Below are positions 1 to 6,535 of a stretch of 42,851 nt of DNA, piece by piece; position 1 is the stretch's first letter; each line of letters starts with the position of its first letter. The position numbers were made by a program, and so were the translations under genes. The stretch is from the IMG/VR virus record IMGVR_UViG_3300021387_000151, positions 1-42,851 of that record. The stretch is one strand, 5' to 3'. The stretch is from a virus. The notes below the pieces were generated by a model. It did no database searches. It was not told the origin of the DNA and worked only from the letters and a program-made list of their open reading frames with translations.

Positions 1-107
1 CCTTAGTCCTCGGCGAAGTAGTAGATAAGTGTTCTATAGGTCTCCATAGTGCTCCATAGTGCAGTTATACGTTTCTATAGGTCTCCATAGTAGTGCATAT
101 TTCAGAA
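1..107. repeat. Terminal direct repeat, copy 1 (identical to 42745..42851)
   Basis: ccttagtcctcggcgaagtagtagataagtg...catatttcagaa read at both ends of the window. This is either a circular-assembly overlap or a true terminal redundancy. Confidence 0.95.
32..91 (+). repeat. Direct repeats in the int-proximal non-coding region (attP arm-type site candidates)
   Basis: TTCTATAGGTCTCCATAGT occurs at 32..50 and 73..91 (19/19 identical). CTCCATAGTG is tandem at 42..51 and 52..61. The repeats lie between the integrase 3' end and the lysis terminator, in an AT-richer stretch. Confidence 0.6.
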
Positions 108-139
108 CTTATGGACTGAGTTAGGACGCGGACGGCGGC

Positions 140-180
140 AAAACAAAAAAGGCCCCTCCCCACCAGAAGGTGGAGAGGGG
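140..180 (-). terminator. Rho-independent terminator closing the late/lysis operon
   Basis: Stem 153..164 / 169..180 (CCCCTCCCCACC-AGAA-GGTGGAGAGGGG, one mismatch). On the minus strand it is followed by CCTTTTTTGTTTTG, 23 nt after the endolysin stop. Confidence 0.8.
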
Positions 181-202
181 TTATAAGTGACGAACGTTTT
201 TA

Positions 203-1264
203 TTAGTAGGGGTTGCCGTCAGTGATGCACACCTGAAGTCGGTCGAGCGGCTCACCGTACATGCCCGCGAAGTCATCGCCGCCGTAGGTGGAGCCATCAT
301 CACAGACGGTTCCGAGCCATCCGGCGCGCGCGGTGGTCTGCGAACGGTACCACGCCTGCTTGTATTCCTCGCCGTTAGGGGTCACATAGTACATGCGCAC
401 GCCGTCTATGGTATGGCCGACGATGCCAGCGCAACCGTTGACGGTATCGTTGCGGTCGCCCTTGGTCACATAGTCGAGCCATCCGTCCTCGATGGTATGC
501 ACCTGATACTTGAGCGTACCGCGATCGACTCGCGCGCACAGCAGGTCGTGCTGGCGGCACGGGTAGCCCGCAAAGCCGTTGTCCCCAGCGCCGAAGTCCG
601 TCACCTCGTCCAGCCAGCCGCCGCCCTTGAGGTGCAGCGAGTAGTGCACGGGTACGCGTGCGCCGGAGCTCGCGGAGAAGCCGCCGGAGGCCGCCGTGGT
701 GCCCTGGGCGGGCTGCACCGGGGACGCGGACGGCGCCGGGGCGCTGCCAGACTTCATAGCGTCGTACCATGCCTGCGCGCGCTGCATGTAGTGGTCGCGC
801 TGGGAGCCGGCCAGCTCGCCCGGGCAGGCCGTGGAGCTCCAGTAGCGGTGCGGGAACACGTTCTTGCACCACTCGGGGCGACCGAGGCCGTAGTACAGGC
901 ACAGGGAGGCGACGAGGTGAGCGCCGCTTTCGATTGCCTTCTCGTGAACCGTCCACGGGTTGCTGCCGCTGTTGGCGTGCTCGATGCTGATAGTGGTGTC
1001 GTTGCCGCGCCCCGTGCCGATACCGTCGCCGCAGGCCCAAGCGCGGTCGGTGTCGTTGACGTGCTGCGTGATGTAGCCGTTGCGGTCAACCGCGTAGTGC
1101 GCGGACGTGCCAGCGCCGCGCCAGATGCCGTTGCACTGGTCGCCGGTGAGGTCGCCCGCCATATGGTGGATGGTCACGCCCCTGATGCCGAACGGGCGGC
1201 CAGCCGAGAAGTTGCAACCGAGCAACATATACTTGTCGGGCTGAACGTTTGCGAAGTCTGCCAT
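203..1264 (-). CDS. Endolysin, N-acetylmuramoyl-L-alanine amidase (Amidase_2/PGRP type) with three C-terminal GW-containing ChW-like repeats
   Basis: N-terminal motifs GVTIHHMAGD, SAHYAVD, ISIEHAN. An Ala/Pro/Ser linker is followed by three about 45-aa repeats, each with a G-W dipeptide (GGGWLDEV, EDGWLDYV, RAGWLGTV). It is the last gene of the operon, after the holin. Confidence 0.85.
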   Translation of the reverse strand: MADFANVQPDKYMLLGCNFSAGRPFGIRGVTIHHMAGDLTGDQCNGIWRGAGTSAHYAVDRNGYITQHVNDTDRAWACGDGIGTGRGNDTTISIEHANSGSNPWTVHEKAIESGAHLVASLCLYYGLGRPEWCKNVFPHRYWSSTACPGELAGSQRDHYMQRAQAWYDAMKSGSAPAPSASPVQPAQGTTAASGGFSASSGARVPVHYSLHLKGGGWLDEVTDFGAGDNGFAGYPCRQHDLLCARVDRGTLKYQVHTIEDGWLDYVTKGDRNDTVNGCAGIVGHTIDGVRMYYVTPNGEEYKQAWYRSQTTARAGWLGTVCDDGSTYGGDDFAGMYGEPLDRLQVCITDGNPY

Positions 1265-1569
1265 TAGTCCTCCTTAACCTCGCCGAGCGCCAGAAGCGCG
1301 TCGAGCCATTTGTCGGTCACGCCGACAGTCTTGAAGGCCGAGTAAGCCACCTGAACGCCGCCAACGGCTGCAAAAATGGACGTTACCCACGCCGATGCAT
1401 CGGTCGGCATACCGCCAGCCATAGCCGTCAATACGCCGCACAGCGCAGACACCGAAATGGCAATCCATCGAGCCACGTTGCCAGTCATGGCCTTCGTCTT
1501 GATTGCCTGCACGATATACGGCACGACAAGCACCGTGAGCACCGTCAGACCAGCTTGAATGTTCGTCAT
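1264..1569 (-). CDS. Holin (small multi-TM protein)
   Basis: 101 aa with hydrophobic segments (LTVLTVLVVPYIV, WIAISVSALCGVLTAMAGG, WVTSIFAAVGGVQVAY) and a charged C-terminus. TAATG overlap with the endolysin start. Confidence 0.65.
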   Translation of the reverse strand: MTNIQAGLTVLTVLVVPYIVQAIKTKAMTGNVARWIAISVSALCGVLTAMAGGMPTDASAWVTSIFAAVGGVQVAYSAFKTVGVTDKWLDALLALGEVKED

Positions 1570-1577
1570 TGTTTCTC

Positions 1578-1991
1578 CTATCTCCCAACCTCTTTGTCGT
1601 AGAGCAAATTAACGCGATCGAAGATGTGGTCGACCTTCTGCGCCATGCTTTGGCTTCGCGTCTTGCTATGAACCAAATCGGCATGGAGCACGTTATTGGA
1701 TGCCACAACCGATTCCATCAATGTTTTCATTGCTTCCATCAACGAGTTTGAGCGCTCCATCTGCGCTGCGATGCGGCCCTCCATCTCAGACCGCTCACGG
1801 TCACGTTGCGCTCGCTCCTTGACCTCATCTTGCTTGCGCTCCTCGCGCTTAATGTCCAAAGCGCTTTTGCGTTCGTTTTGCAGCTTGTATTCTTCGAGAA
1901 ATTGCCTGCCAAAGTAAAAAGCGATTAGCGCTAGCGCCGCGCCACCGAGCCAACCCGGTCCATACGGCGCGAAAAGCTTCAATACCTCCAT
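1578..1991 (-). CDS. Membrane-anchored coiled-coil protein of the lysis cassette
   Basis: Start moved to MEVLK (ATG 1991), preceded by AAGGAGG plus 6 nt. It has an N-terminal TM segment (GWLGGAALALIAFYFG) followed by a K/E/R-rich helix. Confidence 0.6.
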   Translation of the reverse strand: MEVLKLFAPYGPGWLGGAALALIAFYFGRQFLEEYKLQNERKSALDIKREERKQDEVKERAQRDRERSEMEGRIAAQMERSNSLMEAMKTLMESVVASNNVLHADLVHSKTRSQSMAQKVDHIFDRVNLLYDKEVGR

Positions 1992-2056
1992 CAGCACACC
2001 TCCTTTTCGTCCGTATTCCTGCACTGACGGCAGTATCCGAGCGCTGTCCCCCGCGC

Positions 2057-2081
2057 AAAAGAAAAGGCCCCTTGCGGGGCC
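2057..2081 (-). terminator. Intrinsic terminator/attenuator between the tail genes and the lysis cassette
   Basis: GGCCCC-GCAA-GGGGCC followed by CTTTTCTTTTG on the minus strand, 5 nt after the XkdX-like stop. Confidence 0.6.
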
Positions 2082-2085
2082 AGTT

Positions 2086-2223
2086 CTAGTCGCGTGCAGA
2101 CTTGATCTCGTCGTACTCGGATTTGGTGATGCGCTTCTTTTTCAAGAGTGCGTCCAACATAAGGTCGTTCCAAAGGCCGCTACGGTAGAACTTCTTGTAG
2201 CGCTCAAGTTCGGTGCTATTCAT
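2086..2223 (-). CDS. XkdX-family small phage protein (45 aa, not in the ORF track)
   Basis: Translation MNSTELERYKKFYRSGLWNDLMLDALLKKKRITKSEYDEIKSARD. It shows the XkdX-like pattern (Y..fY..GLW ... kIT..EYdEI) and sits between fibre genes and the holin, as in PBSX-like clusters. Confidence 0.65.
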   Translation of the reverse strand: MNSTELERYKKFYRSGLWNDLMLDALLKKKRITKSEYDEIKSARD

Positions 2224-2392
2224 CCTCGGTACCCTTCATTCCCATTCCGTTGGCGTCGTCCTCGGTGGGGATATCAATACCAGCCATGAGGACTGCAAAG
2301 GCAAGGTCGGCTGCTGTCTTGTCGGCCTGAGCCGCTATGTGCTCGATGTTGCGGTTGTCGTAGACGGTGCCGCTGATTCTCTTGTATTCCAT
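2216..2392 (-). CDS. Small hypothetical protein (58 aa, not in the ORF track)
   Basis: GGAAGGAG plus 6 nt precede the ATG. Translation MEYKRISGTVYDNRNIEHIAAQADKTAADLAFAVLMAGIDIPTEDDANGMGMKGTEDE. The stop overlaps the XkdX-like start (ATGAATAG). Confidence 0.55.
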   Translation of the reverse strand: MEYKRISGTVYDNRNIEHIAAQADKTAADLAFAVLMAGIDIPTEDDANGMGMKGTEDE

Positions 2393-2395
2393 CAG

Positions 2396-2539
2396 TTACT
2401 CCTTCCAAAGATTCTTGTAGTAGGCATCCATTCGCTTTATCAGTTTGGATGAATCGCCTTTGCTCGCGTGCGCCCTCCACCCGTGGTAGCTATCGTTTGC
2501 CTGCTTGCGCGTAAGGACACCTGCTTTTGCTAGGCGCAC
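2396..2539 (-). CDS. Possible small ORF (47 aa, GTG start), start uncertain
   Basis: Open frame ...RLAKAGVLTRKQANDSYHGWRAHASKGDSSKLIKRMDAYYKNLWKE ending 3 nt before the next gene. It has no ATG. An upstream ATG (2598/2606) with AAAGGA is in other frames. Confidence 0.3.
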   Translation of the reverse strand: MRLAKAGVLTRKQANDSYHGWRAHASKGDSSKLIKRMDAYYKNLWKE

Positions 2540-2625
2540 GATGCCTTTTGGTGTACGAGCAAATCGCTTTCACCGCGTCTGCCTGACGGTACGGACATGC
2601 ACACATCCTTTCAGTGCCGATTAAC

Positions 2626-2647
2626 GGCGGGCAAAGGGTTGCCCGCC
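2626..2647 (-). terminator. Stem-loop overlapping the stop codon of the receptor-binding gene (weak terminator candidate)
   Basis: Perfect 9-bp stem GGCGGGCAA / TTGCCCGCC with a 4-nt loop. There is no clear U-tract on the minus strand. Confidence 0.3.
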
Positions 2648-3945
2648 TATTCCTTGATGCCGACGATGTCGCAAGCGGGGCGAACGCGAAACCCGCCGCA
2701 GGCGAACGAGTTGTAGAGGCCGCCAGACGAACTCACGCAGAACACGCTGTAGGCACCGCCGCGATAAGGCGAACGCAGGAACACGCCCTGGGGAGTTGTC
2801 TTGGCGTTAATCGCATAAGAGCGCATCTGCGGGAACGTCTGCCACAACGGGAGTCGGGTGTTGGAACCGGACGCAAGACGGTTGTAGGGCCACACCTCGC
2901 CCTCCTTGCCGTTGACGCTCGCTTCGTTGCAAACGATGTTCATCTCTTCAAGAGACGGCAGGTAAAACTTCGGGTAGCAGGTGACGATGTTCGGCACGTC
3001 GGACGTGCCGCCGTCGCATACATAGTTCGTGCAGGTGTCCACGCGCAGGCCACCGATAACGGAAAGAAAATCATCGGAGAAGCCCTTGAGGAAACCCTGT
3101 TTGTCATTCAGCGTCCCATCGGCGAACGGCGCGCACGGAATATGGTCGAACTTATCGCGCGGTTTCCAGACCTCGCCGAACTTTGCTGCATCGCTGTTGA
3201 GGTATTGAAAAACATCTGAATCATCGGGACGATTCGAACCGTACGCGCAACGCTGCAAACAATTGAGGTCACCGTTAGGCTTGTCGCTGAGGAATGTTCC
3301 GAGATTCGTACCCTCGCCGCCCTCGGTAACAGAAACGGTCTCGGCAGCGGAAGTCGCAGTAGCGGATGCAAAGTTGTACACCTTCCACTGCTCCGGCTTT
3401 TGATCCCACGTTCCGAAGAAGCCGAGCAACTGCCCACCAGCGGGAAGCGCCTTGGTGAGCGTAAACTGGTAGGTCTTACCGTTGACAACAGTTCCCTGCG
3501 AAAATCCCATAGTTACGTTATAGGTGCCAGCGGCAAGACCGCCCTCGCCCGCCACATAGAAAGCGGAGCGAGCGTTGTACGTGGTTTCGAATGGCAGCGT
3601 GTAGTGCCACTGAAGCGTCATCTTCGGCAGGGTGTTTCCTGCGTTGTTACGTTTGGTGCCAAATGCCACGATATCGAGCGGCACGGGGTACTCTGTCGTT
3701 CCATCGCTCCAGTTAACGATGAACTGGTCTCCGATACTGAACACATTCTGAGCAAGACCGCTGGCAACGATATTCTTGACGGTGTTCCAGTCCATCGTGG
3801 AGTCGAGAACTCCGTTGCGTACGAGCTGGGCCATGAGCGCGTTTTGGGTATTAACGCCATTCACAAGCTCCTTCAGCGTGGCATCGCTTGCCAGCGGGTC
3901 TTCTACTACGACATAGTTCTCGTCGTTAGCGTTCTCGTCATCCAT
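2647..3945 (-). CDS. Putative receptor-binding protein / distal tail fibre
   Basis: 432 aa, last large tail gene. The C-terminal part (FYLPSLEEM...VFLRSPYRGG...GGFRVRPAC) resembles the surface-protein module with the LPS..E...WLRSP...VRPA pattern (DUF6273/DUF1566-like). Confidence 0.55.
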   Translation of the reverse strand: MDDENANDENYVVVEDPLASDATLKELVNGVNTQNALMAQLVRNGVLDSTMDWNTVKNIVASGLAQNVFSIGDQFIVNWSDGTTEYPVPLDIVAFGTKRNNAGNTLPKMTLQWHYTLPFETTYNARSAFYVAGEGGLAAGTYNVTMGFSQGTVVNGKTYQFTLTKALPAGGQLLGFFGTWDQKPEQWKVYNFASATATSAAETVSVTEGGEGTNLGTFLSDKPNGDLNCLQRCAYGSNRPDDSDVFQYLNSDAAKFGEVWKPRDKFDHIPCAPFADGTLNDKQGFLKGFSDDFLSVIGGLRVDTCTNYVCDGGTSDVPNIVTCYPKFYLPSLEEMNIVCNEASVNGKEGEVWPYNRLASGSNTRLPLWQTFPQMRSYAINAKTTPQGVFLRSPYRGGAYSVFCVSSSGGLYNSFACGGFRVRPACDIVGIKE

Positions 3946-4843
3946 TTGTTACCTCTTTCTTGATTCGTTGGCAGATTCGACCGTTTGCAATACAAAGCCC
4001 GAGCGGTAGCACGGCCTTTGCCGCCTCGGTTGCCGCATTGCACGCGGCGGTGGATTTATCCACGGACGTTGCGGCATCGGTAGCTGTCTTAGCCGCTTTC
4101 TTCGCTTCGTCCCTTGCGGTATTCGCTTCACCCGTTGCGGTCTCGGCATTTGTCTTTGCCTGCGCAAGTTCTTCGAGCCTTGTTTTGGAATCTTGGGCGC
4201 GTTTCTCTTCGGCCTTGCCGCGCTTCTTCTCTGCTACATCGCGTTTAGTCTCTGCATCGGCGCGGAGCTTTTCGGACTCGTCGAACGTGTTGCTGAAACC
4301 TTGCATTGCTTCGTCAAACGCATTTGATCGCTGTGACTGTGCAGTGGAGAAATTAGTAGCCTGCTGGTCGATTTGCGCCTTGTATCGCTTGTTGAGTGCG
4401 TCCATCGTGGCGGCAGTGGAACCAGCCGCACCAGCGGCGCTGTTCGCTGCTTCGGTCGCTTTTACAGCATCGTCGTACGCCTGCCGATACGCACTGATGG
4501 ACGGGTCGGCAGTAGTGGAGCCGTCCGACATGTTGGACTTCTTCACCACCATCTTGTGCGCGAGCGACGCATGGCGCATTGCCTTACCGTCCCGCGTGCC
4601 GAGCACGAACACGTCAACCTCGCCGCTATCCACCAGCACCTCATGCGGAATCTCGCACACGTTGGCGTTGAGTACGGGTGTTATCTCGGTCGTGGCGGCA
4701 ACGAACGTCACGGTCACGTTCAGACCGTTCCACTCGCTATCGAGATCAAGCGTCAGCGTATCCTGCCCAACGGTGCCCTGGACGAGCGTACGCGGAGTAA
4801 TGGACGCTTTTCGCCCACGCACGGTGAGAACATGGTTAACCAT
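3938..4843 (-). CDS. Tail fibre-like protein with long Ala/Lys/Glu coiled coil
   Basis: 301 aa with an N-terminal beta-rich domain and a long helical A/K/E/T-rich segment. The C-terminus PLGLCIANGRICQRIKKEVTNG is shared with the upstream 85-aa protein. Confidence 0.55.
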   Translation of the reverse strand: MVNHVLTVRGRKASITPRTLVQGTVGQDTLTLDLDSEWNGLNVTVTFVAATTEITPVLNANVCEIPHEVLVDSGEVDVFVLGTRDGKAMRHASLAHKMVVKKSNMSDGSTTADPSISAYRQAYDDAVKATEAANSAAGAAGSTAATMDALNKRYKAQIDQQATNFSTAQSQRSNAFDEAMQGFSNTFDESEKLRADAETKRDVAEKKRGKAEEKRAQDSKTRLEELAQAKTNAETATGEANTARDEAKKAAKTATDAATSVDKSTAACNAATEAAKAVLPLGLCIANGRICQRIKKEVTNG

Positions 4844-5093
4844 TCTTCACCTTCCTTACACGCTGGCAGATTTTGCCGTTGGATAGGCAAAGACCGATGG
4901 GTACTAGCTCAGTAGCAGCTCTCGTTGCTGTCTCAGCTGCCAGACGCGCGTTTTGCGCCGCGCCGTTAGCGGCATTGACCGCTTCGGTATATCTCTTTGG
5001 TTCTATATAGACTGTTCGGCCCGCTGCATCAATGAACCTGTCAACGTATCCGTCCTCGTTGATTACGGCCCTTATACTTCCCGCCATGCGCAC
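4836..5093 (-). CDS. Small tail-associated protein sharing the C-terminal motif of the fibre protein
   Basis: 85 aa with a GTG start. The C-terminus PIGLCLSNGKICQRVRKVKNG parallels 3938..4843, and the stop overlaps the next ATG. Confidence 0.5.
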   Translation of the reverse strand: MRMAGSIRAVINEDGYVDRFIDAAGRTVYIEPKRYTEAVNAANGAAQNARLAAETATRAATELVPIGLCLSNGKICQRVRKVKNG

Positions 5094-5143
5094 CTCCCTT
5101 GTTTTTCGGTTACGGTGCGCATGGTCTATCTACGTTCCCCCGC

Positions 5144-5416
5144 CTATGCGAGTATCGCGGTGATGAGCGATACGTGGTCTACGGTGTCAACCACGACGCT
5201 ATCTCCAACCTTGATGCCAGAGCACGACTTAACCATGCGCAGGCCAGCAACGGGCATAGGGGTGGATGTGCTGCCGAAATCAACGGTAACGGTGGAACCT
5301 GATACCGATTCGACCTTGCCTATGCGCCGTTTGACATATGCGCTCAAATCTGGGGTCTTGATACCTCGCTTGACCTTGCGCCCGAGATAGCGCATGTACG
5401 CGGCTTCTGAATCCAT
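5144..5416 (-). CDS. Small tail/baseplate-associated protein (hypothetical)
   Basis: 90 aa, directly after the Tal-like gene. Its beta-rich sequence (GKVESVSGSTVTVDFG...GIKVGDSVVVD) is reminiscent of small OB/spike-like modules. Confidence 0.45.
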   Translation of the reverse strand: MDSEAAYMRYLGRKVKRGIKTPDLSAYVKRRIGKVESVSGSTVTVDFGSTSTPMPVAGLRMVKSCSGIKVGDSVVVDTVDHVSLITAILA

Positions 5417-5419
5417 TGT

Positions 5420-6535
5420 CTACCTCACAAACTGGCGTAGCTCGGTCTCGGTCGGGCAGCCGCCCGTGAGCGTGAGCTTCTGAACTCGAATCTCGAACTT
5501 GCCGCTGATTGAGCCTGATGGATAGTCGATATCGAGCGAATCGTTGACGGTCGCTGGATATCCGGCACTCGTCATGGTGACGCGCCTGATAGCAGACTGA
5601 TTAGTTTTAAGCAGTGTCTCGGCGCGTTCGTTGGCGTACGCCTGCTTTTCCTCTTCGGTGCTGCCGACGGGCGCGTCCGAGTACTCATAGCTCTTGGTGA
5701 TGGTGTACCCGCGAGAGACGGTGGAAAACTGGCTATCGGGATCATTGTCCCACGCTTCGCCTACATACGTTACCTGGGTGCCGTCTTCGTTCTCACCCCT
5801 GTATACGACAACGGCATGGTTTGCGATCTCGGTGATATCCTGCTCGTCCGTCATATCTGGCTCAAACTTGCAGTCTGGCCCCTCCGACATGGAGTAAGCA
5901 GCTGGGCGGTTCACTGGGTCAATGTACTTTGAGTAGATGATGTTGCCCATCACATCGTCCTTGGCGGCGCGGAAACCAGCCAAGGAAAGAAGGTCGTTCA
6001 CCATGCCCAGCTTGGTATCGTCCGTCTCGCTGTTGTTCTGGTCAGCACCAATGCCGTAGACGCGCGTACGCGAAACGGTGTAATCGCTAGGGTCGGCGAT
6101 AACGGTAAGTCCGATATCGGCGGCTACTCTCTTGGCGACCTCCACCGCATTTTCGCCCTTGTTGACGGTGTACGGGTGGGCGAACTTATCCTGCAACAGC
6201 TCCTGTAGGCGCCCGTATAGCTTCACGGTGGCGGTGGAGAATCTGTTATGGACGTTTCGGCTGGGAATTACGGGAATGAACGTGCCGAGAACGACCGTCT
6301 CCGTATGCCCACCCCTCCATTCTGCCGTCCTGTAGACGCGCACCAAATCAGCGCCAATATCAAACTTGCCAACGCGCGTGACCTCGGCGGTATCCAAGAT
6401 ACGCACGTCATTGTTGCGGGTGATGGAGCCGCCGCGCAGCATTGGAAGCATTTCCAGCTCTTCGCCCGTGGCGCGTGAGACGCGCACGAACCTGTACACG
6501 TCTCGCACGGTGCGTTGTTTCCACCAGTCTGTCAT
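5420..6535 (-). CDS. Tail-associated (Tal/prophage-tail N-terminal type) protein
   Basis: Start set at MTDWWKQ (ATGA overlap with the upstream stop). It is the second gene after the tape measure, which is the typical Tal position. Confidence 0.5.
   Translation of the reverse strand: MTDWWKQRTVRDVYRFVRVSRATGEELEMLPMLRGGSITRNNDVRILDTAEVTRVGKFDIGADLVRVYRTAEWRGGHTETVVLGTFIPVIPSRNVHNRFSTATVKLYGRLQELLQDKFAHPYTVNKGENAVEVAKRVAADIGLTVIADPSDYTVSRTRVYGIGADQNNSETDDTKLGMVNDLLSLAGFRAAKDDVMGNIIYSKYIDPVNRPAAYSMSEGPDCKFEPDMTDEQDITEIANHAVVVYRGENEDGTQVTYVGEAWDNDPDSQFSTVSRGYTITKSYEYSDAPVGSTEEEKQAYANERAETLLKTNQSAIRRVTMTSAGYPATVNDSLDIDYPSGSISGKFEIRVQKLTLTGGCPTETELRQFVR

Noticed and set aside
375-1267. Long overlapping ORFs in other frames or on the antisense strand of the endolysin gene (for example 375..1040 -, 413..1267 +, 754..1089 -)
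   Set aside because: The products are Arg/Ala/Gly/Pro-rich and low in complexity, lie fully inside a gene with clear amidase motifs, and have no SD. Stop-codon depletion in GC-rich DNA explains them. The same reasoning applies to antisense ORFs across the tape measure, capsid, portal and terminase genes.
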